Below, one piece after another: positions 28,507-41,443 of a stretch of DNA of 64,000 nt (position 1 is the stretch's first letter; every line of letters begins with the position of its first letter). The translations under genes and the position numbers were made by a program. Source of the stretch: an uncultured Actinomycetota bacterium (lineage in GTDB: Bacteria; Actinomycetota; Actinomycetes; JAHEKZ01); NCBI GenBank assembly GCA_963743915.1, contig CAVURN010000002.1, positions 320,001 through 384,000 on the forward strand. The letters are read 5' to 3'. The notes beneath the pieces are model-generated. The model was not told the origin of the DNA, made no database searches, and saw nothing but the letters and a program-made list of their open reading frames with translations.

Positions 28507-29537
28507 GGCGCCACCCCCTCGACGGACAGACCCGAGCCCTCCGGAAGGCCGAGGGCGAGGTTGGCGTTCTGCACCGCCTGCCCAGCGGCCCCCTTGACCA
28601 AGTTGTCGATGGCCGACACCACGACGACGCGGCCGGCGACCTCGTCGACCGCCACCTGCAGGTGGACCGCGTTGCTGCCCACCACGTCCGCGGTCCGCGG
28701 CCACGATCCCTCAGGCAGCAGGTGCACGAAGCGCTCGTCGTCGTACGCGGCGTGCAGCGCGTCCCGGACCTGCGCGGTCGTGACGCCCGGCACGGCCGGC
28801 GCCGAAGTGGTGGCCAGGATCCCGCGCGGCATCGGAGCCAGCACAGGGGTGAAGGAGACCGTCACCGGGCGGTCGGCCGCGGCGCTGAGCGTCTGCGCCA
28901 TCTCCGGTGTGTGCTGGTGGGCGCCCCCCGCCTTGTAGGCGGACAGAGAACCCATCACCTCGCTGCCGAGCAGGTGGGCGGAGGCGCTGCGGCCGGCGCC
29001 CGAGGTGCCGGAGGCGGCCACGACCACGACGTCCCGGGGCTCGGCCAGGCCGGCCGCCAGCACCGGACTCATGCCGAGCGCCACACCCGTGGGGTAGCAG
29101 CCCGGGTTGGCGATCTGCCGGGACGAGGCGATGGCCGCCCGGGCACCCGGGAGCTCCGGCAGACCGTACGTCCAGGCCCCCGCGTAGGGACCCCCGTAGT
29201 AGCCGGCCCAGGCGTCGGCGTCGGTGAGGCGGTGGTCGGCCCCGAGGTCCACCACCAACGGAGCGTCCGGCGGCAACCCGGCCGTGAGGGCACCGGAGTG
29301 GCCGTGCGGCAGCGCGAGGAAGAGCACGTCGACGTCGTGCGGCAACCCGTCGTCGATCGGCGTGATGGGCCGATCGGCCAGCGACGGCAGATGGCGGTGC
29401 ACCGCGCCGACCGCCTGACCCGCCGACGACGCCCCGAGGAGCGGCCCGACCTCCAGGGCGGGGTGGCCGACGAGCAGCCGCAGCAGCTCGCCTCCGGCAT
29501 AGCCGGAGGCGCCCGCAACGGCCGCCGTGAGAGTCAC
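28503..29537 (-). CDS. argC: N-acetyl-gamma-glutamyl-phosphate reductase
   Basis: [38 protein letters not shown]. Confidence 0.96.
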   Translation of the reverse strand: MTLTAAVAGASGYAGGELLRLLVGHPALEVGPLLGASSAGQAVGAVHRHLPSLADRPITPIDDGLPHDVDVLFLALPHGHSGALTAGLPPDAPLVVDLGADHRLTDADAWAGYYGGPYAGAWTYGLPELPGARAAIASSRQIANPGCYPTGVALGMSPVLAAGLAEPRDVVVVAASGTSGAGRSASAHLLGSEVMGSLSAYKAGGAHQHTPEMAQTLSAAADRPVTVSFTPVLAPMPRGILATTSAPAVPGVTTAQVRDALHAAYDDERFVHLLPEGSWPRTADVVGSNAVHLQVAVDEVAGRVVVVSAIDNLVKGAAGQAVQNANLALGLPEGSGLSVEGVAP

Positions 29538-29574
29538 CTGCAGAACTATACAGATGGCTGCATGATACTGCGAA
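29537..29574. promoter_or_regulatory. Tandem ARG boxes overlapping a leaderless argC promoter
   Basis: TGCAGAACTATACA (29539-29552) and TGCATGATACTGCG (29559-29572), 20-bp period; -10 TATAGT 7 nt before the GTG. Confidence 0.75.
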
Positions 29575-29583
29575 GGGAGGTCG

Positions 29584-30174
29584 TCACCGAGCGTCCGGGA
29601 GTCGCTCTTCGATGGAGACCTCGACCACCCAGACCCCTGTCGCCCGGTCCCACAGCGTCCTGCGCCCGGGTGCGACGACCACGAGCCAACCGACGAGTAC
29701 CGCCAGAGGCGCGCCCAGCCCGGCCACAGTCCACGAGCCGACGAACGCGAGCAGACCGACCAGCCACCACCGCAGTACCAGGCGAAGTCGCGCCACGGTC
29801 GCATCCGGGTCATCGCCGTCGGACACGCGCCGGGGCAGCAGGTTCATGATGCGCATCCCAACGGTCCTGCCCTCGCTGTCGAGCGCACCCGACATCAGCG
29901 CCAGGGCCACCAGGGCGACCGCCAGCACGAGCAGCCCGTACCAGAGGGGCACGGGATTCGTCGACTCCTCCAACCGCGTCTCGCACAGCCGGTAGGCCGA
30001 GCAGGCTCCCGACCGGTACTGCCTGACGCTGAGGTCGAGGGGGAACAGCAGTGTCAGCCAGGCGAAGATCGCGAACACCGCGAAGATCAGGACGCCGCCG
30101 ACCAGCAGGTCAATGAGGGTCTGCAGCCCCCTCACCCGCACCGATGCCGCCCGGTACGTCCTGACCAGTGACAT
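29584..30174 (-). CDS. RDD family membrane protein
   Basis: [37 protein letters not shown]; TAGCGT -10 six nt before the ATG. Confidence 0.75.
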   Translation of the reverse strand: MSLVRTYRAASVRVRGLQTLIDLLVGGVLIFAVFAIFAWLTLLFPLDLSVRQYRSGACSAYRLCETRLEESTNPVPLWYGLLVLAVALVALALMSGALDSEGRTVGMRIMNLLPRRVSDGDDPDATVARLRLVLRWWLVGLLAFVGSWTVAGLGAPLAVLVGWLVVVAPGRRTLWDRATGVWVVEVSIEERLPDAR

Positions 30175-30209
30175 GCACGGACGCTAGCAGCGCTGCACCT
30201 GGCTCGATG

Positions 30210-32716
30210 TCAGGCGCGGAGGACCGCTCCGGTGCTCCGCGCCGCCTCAGCGAGGGCGTCGGCGCGCACCTGCGCGACCTCGTCGGGCGTCAGCGTGCGG
30301 TCCGGTGCGCGCAGGCGCAGCGCGAACGCCAACGACCGGTGACCGGTCGGCACCTGCTCGCCCTCGTAGACGTCGAAGAGGCGCACGGACTCCACGAGCT
30401 CGCCTCCCCCTCGCCGCAGGGCGGTCGCGACGTCGACGGACAGGACGTCCTCGGGCACGACCAGCGCCAGGTCCTCCTTGGCCACCGGGAAGGTCGAGAA
30501 CCGCGGTGCCGGGAGCACGACCTCCTCGTCCGTGGCCAGAAGGTCCAGCTCGACCTCCATCGCGCACGTGCGCTCCGGGAGGCTGAAGGCGTTCACGACG
30601 TGCGGGTGCAGCTCGCCGGCGTGACCGACCACCCGTCCGTCGACGCTCAGCGCGGCGCAACGCCCGGGATGCCAGGGCGCGTGGGCGTCCGGTGCGACGG
30701 TGAGCTCGACGCCGCACGCCTCGGCGACGAGGTGCGCCGCGTCCACCGCGTCACCCCAGGCGACGGGACGCCCCGCGCCCCACCATCCCGAGGTCTCGCG
30801 CTCGCCGGCGAGCAGCACCGCGACGCGGCGTGGCTGCCGCGGGAGCAGGGCCTCGACCGCCGCGAGCTCGTCGGCGTTGGGACGGCGGTCGACGACAGGA
30901 CGCGGCGGTGCCCCGTCTGCGCCCGCGGCGTCCGGTCGGAACACCAGGCCGGTCTCGAAGAGCGCGAGGCTGTCGGTGCCGCGGCCCAGGTTGCGTCGTG
31001 CGACGCCGAAGAGCCCCGGCAGCAGGGTCGTGCGCAGCTCCGGCTCCTCCTCCGACAGCGGGTTGGCCAGGCGCAACACGCGACGTCGGGCGTCGTCGTC
31101 CGGCAGTCCCATCTGGTCGAGCACCTCAGGAGCCAGAAACGGGTACGCCTGCACCTCCACGTACCCGGCGCCGGCGAGGGCCAGGCCCACCCGGCGGCGC
31201 AGCCGTTGCTGCAGCGTGAGCCCCGAGCTGACAGGCGCGGGCGGCAGCTCGGACGGAATGTGCTGGTACCCGTGCAGCCGGGCGACCTCCTCGATGAGGT
31301 CCGCGGGGACCGACAGGTCCGGCCGCCACGTGGGCGGAGTCACCGTGAGCAGCTCGTCCCCCTGGCGCTCGACGGCGCACCCCACGGCCGTCAGGTGGTG
31401 GACCACCTCGTCGTCGCTGAAGGGAATCCCCACCAGCGCGCCGACCTGCACCGAGGTGATCGGCACCCGTTCCGGCGCCGAGACGGCGCCGACGACGGTG
31501 CGTCCCGGCACCACATGGGCACCGCCGAGCTCGCGGAGCAGCGTCGCCACCCGTTCTGCGGCCGCCTCCTGCAGCGCGGTGTCCACGCCTCGGGCGAAGC
31601 GTCGGGACGCCTCGCTCGGCAGCTTGTGGCGGCGCGCGCTGCGGGAGATGCCCGCCGGCTCGAAGTGCGCGGCCTCGATGACCACGTCGGTGCTGGTGGC
31701 GTCGATCTCGGTGGACGCGCCGCCCATCACCCCCGCGATGCCGATGGGGCCGGAGTCGTCGGTGATGAGCAGGTCGTCGGCGTCCAGCGTGCGGACGACG
31801 TCGTCGAGCGTGCGCAGCTTCTCCCCGGCGGCGGCGCGGCGCACCACGATCGCGCCGGACAACCGGCTGCGGTCGTAGGCGTGCAGCGGCTGGCCGGTCT
31901 CCAGCATCACGTAGTTCGTGACGTCGACGGGCAGCGAGATCGGTCGCATGCCGCAGAGCCGGAGCCGCTGCTGCATCCAGTGCGGGGTGGGAGCGGTCGC
32001 GTCCAGCCCGGTCACGGTGCGCATCACGAACCGGTCGCACCCCAGGGGGTCACGCACCTCGACCGGCCACGACGGCTCGTCCTCGGGCGGCGGAGCCACG
32101 ACCGGGTCGCGGAACGGCAGGTCGAACGCCCCGGCCACCTCGCGCGCCACTCCGCGCAGCGACAGCGCGTAGCCGCGGTCAGGGGTGACGGCGATGTCGA
32201 GCACGTCGTCGCGCAGCCCCAGCGCCTCGACGGCGTCGTCGCCCGGAGCACCCACGTCGGCGGACAGCACCCAGATGCCGTCGTGGTCCTCGCCGACGTC
32301 CAGCTCACGAGGTGAGCAGATCATCCCGTCGGACACGTGGCCATAGGTCTTGCGGGCGGCGATGGCGAAGCCACCAGGAAGCACAGCCCCGGGGAGCGCC
32401 ACCACGACCAGGTCGCCGTCGGCGAAGTTGCGGGCGCCGCAGACGACGCCCCGGCCGTCCGGCTCGCCCTCCGCCCCGGCCTCGTTGTGAGAGCCGACGT
32501 CCACCCGGCACCAGCGCACCGTCTTGCCGTTGGAGTGGGTCTCCTCGGTGAACGTCAGGACCCGACCGAGCACCAGCGGTCCGACGATGTCGGCGCCGAC
32601 CTGGTCGACGGTCTCCACCTCGAGTCCGACGGCGATCAGCCGCTCGGCCACTTCGCGCGCCGCGACGCCTGGTGGCAGGTCGACGACCTCACGCAGCCAC
32701 GAGAGCGGGACGCGCA

Positions 32717-32717
<1 letters not shown>
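30210..32717 (-). CDS. pheT: Phenylalanine--tRNA ligase beta subunit
   Basis: MRVPLSWL, tRNA-binding OB fold, TPDRGY, B3/4, B5 and FDX-ACB (LFDVYEG). Confidence 0.97.
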
Positions 32718-34914
<2,197 letters not shown>

Positions 34915-35005
34915 GGCCGGATTGTGCCAGTCGGTCGCCCCGGGGCCATGCCGCCGCACGGGGGTCGTCGCGCTGTCACGTGACGACGCAGGCGAGGATT
35001 TGTTC

Positions 35006-35047
35006 GGCGTGATGGCTGCGGGCGTGATGGCTGCGGGGCGTGATGGC
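35006..35047. repeat. Tandem repeat of GGCGTGATGGCTGCG (two full copies and one partial)
   Basis: Direct reading: 35006-35020, 35021-35035, 35037-35047. Confidence 0.85.
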
Positions 35048-35070
35048 CTCGAGAAAGTTGTGCGCAGGGG

Positions 35071-35114
35071 TTGCGTGGGTGAGGTCTGTCACCTACAATC
35101 GAACATACGTTCGA
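35071..35114 (+). promoter_or_regulatory. Sigma-A promoter with LexA (SOS) box
   Basis: TTGCGT-17 bp-TACAAT; perfect TCGAAC-N4-GTTCGA at 35099-35114 covering the predicted TSS. Confidence 0.85.
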
Positions 35115-35204
35115 AGCGATCAGCACCACCCGAGAGAGCAGTTGTCGAGCAGATGAGTCCTTCCGCTTCGAGGCCCTGCTCCGACTCCTCTCCGGTGGTC
35201 CTGC

Positions 35205-36461
35205 GTGTTCCTGCCCGATGCACTCCCCGAGCCGCTCGTGAGCGTGCTCGCGGAGGTGCGCGCATGGAGCGAGTCCGAGGTCGGAGCCCCAGCGTCACCT
35301 GAAGAGCGTGCCGCCTGGGTCTCGGGGCTGCGACAGCTCGTCGACGCCGCCGAGGCGGTGTACCTGCAGACCCTGGCCGACTTCGACACACATGGTGACG
35401 GTGCCGTCCTGCACGGCGCGCGGACCACCTCTGCCTGGCTTCAGGGGGCTCTCCACCTCGCCCCCGGGGAGGCGAGCACCCACGTCCGGGTGGCGCGAGC
35501 CTCGCGGGATCAGCTCAGTGGACCACTGGATGACCTTCTCCAGGGACGGATCACGGCCGGACATCTGTCCGGCATCGAGCGGAGTCTGCGTCGTCTGCCC
35601 GAAGCTGTCGTCCCCGAGGCGGCCGCCACGTTGGGGGCGCTGGCCCGCCAGGTCGACGTCGGACGCCTCCGCACAGCAGGACGCCGGCTCCAGCACGTCG
35701 TCGATCCCGACGGCGCACTGCGCGACTGCGAGAAGCAGTTCGAGCGTCGGTACCTGCAGCTGTCGCCGCTGCTCGACGGCATGGTCGCGATCGACGGCCT
35801 GCTCGACGCCGAAGGCGCCGAGGCCGTCGGGGCGGCGCTCGCACCGGCGCTCGTCCCCGCTGGCGAGCACGACCTCCGCAGCACCGCCCAGCGCCGCGCG
35901 GACGGCCTCGTCGACCTTGCCCGCACGGTGATCGACCTGCCCGACGCCGGCACGCTCTCGAGGCAACCCGTGCAGCTGCAGGTGCACGTTCCCTGGCAGA
36001 CGCTCATCGACACCCGGGGCGAGCCGGCGTTGCTCGGAGACTCACCGCGCGAGGGTGTCCCGCTCCCCTGGCTGACGGGTGAGCGTCTCGGATGCGATGC
36101 ACACGTCGCGCGCATCGTGCTGGGTCCCGACGGTGTCCCACTCGAGCTCGGACGTTCCGCACGCCTCTTCTCCCCCGCTCAGCGTCGCGCGCTGGCGGTA
36201 CGTGATGGCGGCTGTCGTTTCCCCGGTTGCCCGCGGCCCCCGCGGTACACCGACGCGCACCACATCACCCCGTGGTCGCAGGGCGGCGCCTCTGACCTCG
36301 ACAACGCCCTGCTGCTCTGTCGTCACCACCACCGCCTCGTCCATGAGGGCGGATGGAGCATCCGCGGGCCCGACGGCGAGCTCGCCGCCGACGGCAATGC
36401 GCTCCTCTGCTTCTGTGGTCCGGATGGGCAGAAGCTCACCAGCGATGCGCGAGGTCCGTAG
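35205..36461 (+). CDS. DUF222 / HNH endonuclease (13E12-repeat-like family)
   Basis: QRRADGL, RLGCDA, QRRALAVRDGGCRFPGC, HHITPWSQGG.SDLDNALLLCRHHHRLVH; start uncertain. Confidence 0.9.
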   Translation: MFLPDALPEPLVSVLAEVRAWSESEVGAPASPEERAAWVSGLRQLVDAAEAVYLQTLADFDTHGDGAVLHGARTTSAWLQGALHLAPGEASTHVRVARASRDQLSGPLDDLLQGRITAGHLSGIERSLRRLPEAVVPEAAATLGALARQVDVGRLRTAGRRLQHVVDPDGALRDCEKQFERRYLQLSPLLDGMVAIDGLLDAEGAEAVGAALAPALVPAGEHDLRSTAQRRADGLVDLARTVIDLPDAGTLSRQPVQLQVHVPWQTLIDTRGEPALLGDSPREGVPLPWLTGERLGCDAHVARIVLGPDGVPLELGRSARLFSPAQRRALAVRDGGCRFPGCPRPPRYTDAHHITPWSQGGASDLDNALLLCRHHHRLVHEGGWSIRGPDGELAADGNALLCFCGPDGQKLTSDARGP

Positions 36462-36521
36462 CTCCATGCGGAGATGCTGATACCTCATTGACGCTCGCCG
36501 TGTGCCGCCATACTGCGCACC

Positions 36522-37007
36522 ATGGCCAAGATCCCAGCGCGACCCGCGCGCCGGAGCGCCTGGCTCCGCCGAAGGTGGCGGTGGCTACTCGTCGCCGTCG
36601 TCCTTCTGTTCGCATTGATCATCGGTTGGGCGTGGCAGCAGTCACGAGAGGCGGAGCTCACCTCGCTGGCCTGGGACAGGGCTTGGGGGGTCCGTGTCGA
36701 GGCGGACTTCGCCCCTGTGCTTCCGATCACGGTCACCGGTGCCACGCTCACCACGGACGCCGGTGGTGGCGTTGGCTATCTCTGGGACACCTCATCGGCG
36801 GCCGAAATGCCCCCTGACCAGATGCGCATTCACTGGGGCCGGCCAGCCTCGCTCTCGTTCACCTTCGTCCCAACATGCGAGGGGCCCGTCGACGACGAAG
36901 GGGTCATCACTCTGCAGACGGCGAACGGGGAACGGCGCGTGTCCGTCGACCTTCCCAGACTGAGTGACGCGGTGAAGGGCTGGTGCGCGTTCGTCGAGAC
37001 CCGCTGA
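36522..37007 (+). CDS. Hypothetical membrane-anchored protein
   Basis: Basic N-terminus, one TM helix, extracellular domain with two Cys; CATACT 7 nt before the ATG. Confidence 0.65.
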   Translation: MAKIPARPARRSAWLRRRWRWLLVAVVLLFALIIGWAWQQSREAELTSLAWDRAWGVRVEADFAPVLPITVTGATLTTDAGGGVGYLWDTSSAAEMPPDQMRIHWGRPASLSFTFVPTCEGPVDDEGVITLQTANGERRVSVDLPRLSDAVKGWCAFVETR

Positions 37008-37046
37008 CCGGTCGGCGCGGCCACATGCAGCATCGCCGGGCAAAGC

Positions 37047-37871
37047 TCACGCGTGCTGCGCGCGGGCGCTCGCGTACAGGCACAACGCCGCCGCTGTGGC
37101 GAGGTTGAGGCTCTCGGCCTTGCCGTAGATCGGGATGCGGACCACGGCGTCCGCCAGTGCGAGGACGTCGGGGGGAACACCCCACGCCTCGTTGCCGAAC
37201 ACCCAGGCCGTGGGGTAGGCCAGCTCACCGCGCGGGGCGAGGTGGTCGAGGTCTGTCTCTCCGCTGCCGTCCGCGATGAGGACCCGCAGCCGTGCTGCAT
37301 GCACTGCGCTGACCGCGTCGGTGACGGTGACTCCCGTCACGATCGGCAGGTGGAAGATCCCGCCCACCGACGCGCGTACGGCCTTGCCGTTGTACGGGTC
37401 CACCGAGTTGCCGGCGAAGATGACGGCGGCCGCACCGGCTGCGTCGGCAGCCCGGATGACCGATCCCGCGTTCCCGGGGTCGCGGACGTCGGCGAGCACC
37501 GCGACCAGTCGAGGGCGCCGCTTCAGCACCGCGTCGAGCGGAAGATCGACGCAGTCGGCGACCGCCACCAGGCCCTGCGGGGTCACCGTTCCCGCGAGCG
37601 AGGCCAGCACGGACTCGGCGGCCGTGACGACGGGGACGCCCGCGTCTGCCGCCAGATCGACGAGCTCGGGGTACCGATCTCCCGCGTCCACCGCCGTGAT
37701 CAGCTCGTGCAGGGTCGCGCGACCTTCGCGCGCGGCGACAAGCGCCTCGCGGACTGCCTGCGCCCCCTCGACCAGGAAACGCCCCTGCTCCTGCCGAGAA
37801 GCACGACGGGCGAGCCCCCGGAGCCGCCGAACCCGGGCAGCGCTCGGGTCGGTGAGCTCAGGGCTCGCCAC
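37047..37871 (-). CDS. TrmH/SpoU family RNA methyltransferase
   Basis: FLVEG, DPGNAG, FGNEAWG, ESLNLA. Confidence 0.92.
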   Translation of the reverse strand: MASPELTDPSAARVRRLRGLARRASRQEQGRFLVEGAQAVREALVAAREGRATLHELITAVDAGDRYPELVDLAADAGVPVVTAAESVLASLAGTVTPQGLVAVADCVDLPLDAVLKRRPRLVAVLADVRDPGNAGSVIRAADAAGAAAVIFAGNSVDPYNGKAVRASVGGIFHLPIVTGVTVTDAVSAVHAARLRVLIADGSGETDLDHLAPRGELAYPTAWVFGNEAWGVPPDVLALADAVVRIPIYGKAESLNLATAAALCLYASARAQHA

Positions 37872-37889
37872 GTCGATGGGTGCCGCCGG

Positions 37890-38270
37890 TCAGGCAGCGG
37901 GTGCGTTGCGGTCGTCGGGCAGCGCCGCCTTGGCGGTCTCGACCAGAGCCTCGAAGGCCTTCGGGTCGTTGACCGCGAGCTCGGCGAGCATGCGGCGGTC
38001 GACCTCGAGGCCGGCCGCCTTCATTCCCTGCACGAAACGGTTGTAGGTGAGCCCGTGCGAGCGGGAGGCAGCGTTGATGCGCTGGATCCACAGCCGACGG
38101 AAGTCGCCCTTGCGCGCCTTGCGGTCGCGGTAGGAGTAGCCGAGGGAGTGAGTGACCTGCTCCTTGGCCTTGCGGTACAGGCGCGACCGCTGCCCGCGGT
38201 ATCCCTCGGCGCGGGACAGGACGGTACGACGCTTCTTCGACGCGTTGACTGCGCGCTTGACGCGTGCCAT
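37890..38270 (-). CDS. rplT: 50S ribosomal protein L20
   Basis: [30 protein letters not shown]. Confidence 0.98.
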   Translation of the reverse strand: MARVKRAVNASKKRRTVLSRAEGYRGQRSRLYRKAKEQVTHSLGYSYRDRKARKGDFRRLWIQRINAASRSHGLTYNRFVQGMKAAGLEVDRRMLAELAVNDPKAFEALVETAKAALPDDRNAPAA

Positions 38271-38303
38271 GGGGTGTCTCCTGGGGTTTCGGGTCAGCCA
38301 GGC

Positions 38304-38498
38304 TCAGCGGCCGAGCAGCTTCTTGGCTTTGCGGGTGTCGGCGGGTGAGAGCTCGACGTCGACCGACAGACGTCGGGTACGACGGCTCGACTTGCCCTCG
38401 AGCAGGTGGCGCTTGTTGGTGCGCTCGCGCATCAGCTTGCCGCTCCCGGTGACCCGGACGCGCTTCTTGGTGCCGCTGTGCGTCTTGTTCTTCGGCAT
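38304..38498 (-). CDS. rpmI: 50S ribosomal protein L35
   Basis: [21 protein letters not shown]. Confidence 0.97.
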   Translation of the reverse strand: MPKNKTHSGTKKRVRVTGSGKLMRERTNKRHLLEGKSSRRTRRLSVDVELSPADTRKAKKLLGR

Positions 38499-38591
38499 CG
38501 CTCTCTCCTTGCCCTTCTTGACTCGACGCGCCCGGTGGGCCCGCTCTGGCTGTGGCCTTCGGTGCGTCGGCCGGTGGTCTGTGGTGTCCTG

Positions 38592-39235
38592 CTACTCGCT
38601 GGCGTCGCTGCTCTCGGTCGCCGCGTGGCCTCGGCCTCGGCGTCCTGGGCGGCCGCGTACTCGGCGTCGGAGTCGCGCTTGCGGGTCTCCCGCTCAGCGC
38701 GCTGCTCGGCCATCACGTCGGCCTTCTTCCGGGTTGGCCCGAGGACCATCACCATGTTCCGGCCGTCCTGCTTCGGCGACGACTCGACGAAGCCGAGCTC
38801 GGCGACGTCCTCGGCCAGCTTCTGCAGCAGGCGGAACCCGAGCTCGGGACGGCTCTGCTCACGACCACGGAACATGATGGTGATCTTCACCTTGTCCCCG
38901 GCCTTGAGGAAGCGGACCACGTGACCCTTCTTGGTCTCGTAGTCGTGCTGGTCGATCTTGGGGCGCAGCTTCATCTCTTTGATGATGGTGTGGGCCTGGT
39001 TCTTGCGGGCCTCACGGTCCTTCATCGCCGACTCGTACTTGAACTTGCCGTAGTCCATGAGCTTGGCCACGGGCGGACGGGCCATCGGGGCCACCTCGAC
39101 GAGGTCGAGGTCGGACTCCTGGGCCAGCCGCAGCGCGTCCTCGATCCGGACGATGCCGACCTGTTCGCCGTTCGGACCGACCAGCCGCACCTCGGGGACG
39201 CGGATCCGGTCGTTGATGCGGGTTTCGGCGCTGAT
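38592..39235 (-). CDS. infC: Translation initiation factor IF-3 (non-canonical AUC start; probable indel near 38625 makes the called ORF run into rpmI)
   Basis: AAGGAG SD then ATC AGC GCC GAA ACC CGC ATC AAC GAC; [26 protein letters not shown]; acidic tail ends at TAG 38592 in the shifted frame. Confidence 0.93.
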
Positions 39236-39246
39236 GAGTGCTCCTT

Positions 39247-39470
39247 GTTCCGGTGACAGAGACGGACCCGGACACGAAGAAGGCCCCCGTGCCTGTGCAG
39301 ACGGGAGCCCGAATGGTCAGGAAGTCAGCGGAGCCGACACCCTGCGCACCGGCGTACACCGGTGCTGACCGGACCCGACGACCTGTGGTCCACGACGTGG
39401 AGCCGGCGGTCGATGCGGGTGGGAGGCGGGCCTCCGCTTGCAGATCCGGCGGTGAACCGGATCGGTCGTG
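39247..39470 (-). promoter_or_regulatory. Structured 5' leader of infC-rpmI-rplT with terminator-like hairpin
   Basis: TGgTACCCT -10 (39476-39484); hairpins at 39443-39463, GGAGGC/GCCTCC and 39346-39365; GGCTCCCGT..ACGGGGGCC-TTCTT at 39277-39309. Confidence 0.55.
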
Positions 39471-39486
39471 GTGAGAGGGTACCAGG

Positions 39487-39861
39487 ATGACCGGCACACC
39501 CTCGAATTCGGACGCAGCCGACGGAGCCCTGCGCGACATCGCCGAGGTGCCGGCCATTGAGGTGGTCACGACCGTGGCCCTGCACCTGATGAGCGCCGCC
39601 GCGGTCAAGGTCGGGCTCGGCGCCCACGACGATGCGACCGACGAGACCGACCTGGACGAGGCGCGCACCCTGATCACGGCGCTCGCAGGGCTGGTCACCG
39701 CTGCCGCTCCGCGACTGGGGACCTTTCACGCCGCGCCGCTCCGGGACGGGCTCCGGACCTTGCAGCTCGCCTTCCGCGAGGCGTCGCCGGTCCCCGATGA
39801 GCCCGGACAGGGACCCGGCGAGGAGCTGACCGGGCCGGTCTTCCCCACCGCCCCGCGCTAG
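39487..39861 (+). CDS. DUF1844-like conserved actinobacterial protein, divergent from infC
   Basis: RDIAEVPAIEV, LMSAAAVKVGL, DLDEARTLI, LRDGLRTLQLAFREAS, PGQGPGE. Confidence 0.8.
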   Translation: MTGTPSNSDAADGALRDIAEVPAIEVVTTVALHLMSAAAVKVGLGAHDDATDETDLDEARTLITALAGLVTAAAPRLGTFHAAPLRDGLRTLQLAFREASPVPDEPGQGPGEELTGPVFPTAPR

Positions 39862-39894
39862 ACGTCCGCCACCTGGGGTGGCTGGAACTCCCGA

Positions 39895-40617
39895 CTACTC
39901 CACGACGGTGGCGTCAGCAGCCGCTGGGGCAGCGGAGTCTCCCGCGCGCAGCAGCGGGTAGAGAAGGGCGGCCAGCAGACCGCCGACCGCGGGGGCCAGG
40001 ATGAAGACCCACAGCTGGCTGAGCGCGTCCCCGCCCTCGAAGAGCGCAGGCCCGAACGAACGGGCCGGGTTCACCGAGGTGCCCGTCAGGGGGATGCCGA
40101 CGAGGTGCACGACCGCCAGCGCAGTGCCGATGCCGATGCCGGCCAGCGCGGCGGTGGCGGCCTTGTCCGTCACCAGCAGGATGACCAGCACGAAGACCAG
40201 GGTGAGCACGGTCTCGACGACCAGGGCACCGGCGAGGTTGATCCCCGCACCTTCGCCGTAGGCGTTGGTGCCGAGCGCTCCGGTCTGGTCGAGCACGTCG
40301 AACTGCTCGACCATGAGCCAGAGCAGGAATGCGCCCAAGGTGGCGCCGAGGAACTGCACCACCGCGTAGAGCCCACCCGTGGCAGCGTCCATGCGCTTGG
40401 TCACGACCATGGCGATGGTGACGGCCGGGTTGACGTGGCAGCCGCTGATCGGCCCGAAGGCGTACACGCCGAACGCGAGCACGAAGCCGAAGGCGAGGGC
40501 CACCGCCAACGACCCGTTGGTCTCGATCCCGGAGACCGCTGCGCCCACGGCGAGGAACACCAGGGCGAACGTTCCGACGAACTCGGTGAGCAAGCGCTTG
40601 GTCAGGTCATCAGCCAT
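39895..40617 (-). CDS. MIP family channel (aquaporin Z-like)
   Basis: Two NPA motifs ([20 protein letters not shown]); EFVGT. Confidence 0.93.
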   Translation of the reverse strand: MADDLTKRLLTEFVGTFALVFLAVGAAVSGIETNGSLAVALAFGFVLAFGVYAFGPISGCHVNPAVTIAMVVTKRMDAATGGLYAVVQFLGATLGAFLLWLMVEQFDVLDQTGALGTNAYGEGAGINLAGALVVETVLTLVFVLVILLVTDKAATAALAGIGIGTALAVVHLVGIPLTGTSVNPARSFGPALFEGGDALSQLWVFILAPAVGGLLAALLYPLLRAGDSAAPAAADATVVE

Positions 40618-41443
40618 GGCCCTCATGGTGCCGGGTTCGCGACCCCCGGGGCGAGAGGACGTCCGGCGTGTCGGGTGTCCGGTCAGGGGGCACGGACGCG
40701 ACCCGCAGCCCGTCCGGCAGGGCCGCGACCAGGGCGCGGTCGCCGCGCAGCCGGGTGAGCAGCGGCTCCAGCTGGTCCCGTGACAGGGGCGGGTCCGCCA
40801 CCAGGACGAGGCCGACGGAGGGCTCCTCCGCACCTGCCGGTCCCGCTTCCACCGGAGGTGCGGCGGTCGTCACCAGGTGCGCGGACAGCAGCAGGCTCGT
40901 GACGCCGGGTTCGGCCTCCAGGACGCCCCGCGCGGCTGCCTGCACGACCGGGTCGGCCGAGGGGTCCCCGGGTGCGCGCGCCGCAGCGGCCAGGAGCAGC
41001 AGCTCACCGTCCGCGACCGCGAAGGGCACGGGGCCGGCGGCATCGACCAGCAGCGCGTCGGCGCCCTCGTCCAGGGCGGCACGTGCGGCCAAGGGGGCTG
41101 CCAACGGCACCGGTCGGGCGTCGTCCTGCCAGGCCCGAAGACTCTCGGTTCCCGTGAAGGCCAGCAGCGAACGTCGCCCGTCCGCCGCCTCGATCAGGAC
41201 CGTGGCCATGGAGGACTGCTTGTCCCGGCGCAGTCCGTCCGCGCCGGTCTCCGACTCATCGAGCATCGCGACGACGGGCACGAGCAGCCGGCTCGCGGCC
41301 AGTGCGCGCAGCACGCCGGAGCCGTCGCCCGTCCCCGCGGCGGCCGCGTGGAGGGCGTGCACCAGGTCGGCCGACGGCGCACCGTCGTCGTCGGGCAGCG
41401 GAGGTGCGGGGACGGGCGCACCGGCGAACCGCGGATCGGTCAC
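40610..41443 (-). CDS. SseB family protein
   Basis: [38 protein letters not shown]; GTG overlaps the hisG stop. Confidence 0.78.
   Translation of the reverse strand: MTDPRFAGAPVPAPPLPDDDGAPSADLVHALHAAAAGTGDGSGVLRALAASRLLVPVVAMLDESETGADGLRRDKQSSMATVLIEAADGRRSLLAFTGTESLRAWQDDARPVPLAAPLAARAALDEGADALLVDAAGPVPFAVADGELLLLAAAARAPGDPSADPVVQAAARGVLEAEPGVTSLLLSAHLVTTAAPPVEAGPAGAEEPSVGLVLVADPPLSRDQLEPLLTRLRGDRALVAALPDGLRVASVPPDRTPDTPDVLSPRGSRTRHHEGHG

Noticed and set aside
35006-35047. CRISPR interpretation of the short repeats here and at 51281-51332
   Set aside because: Units are 13-15 bp and contiguous, with no spacers and no cas genes.
38432-38592. Long IF-3 C-terminal extension overlapping rpmI
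   Set aside because: A natural acidic tail and TAG exist in the shifted frame at 38592.
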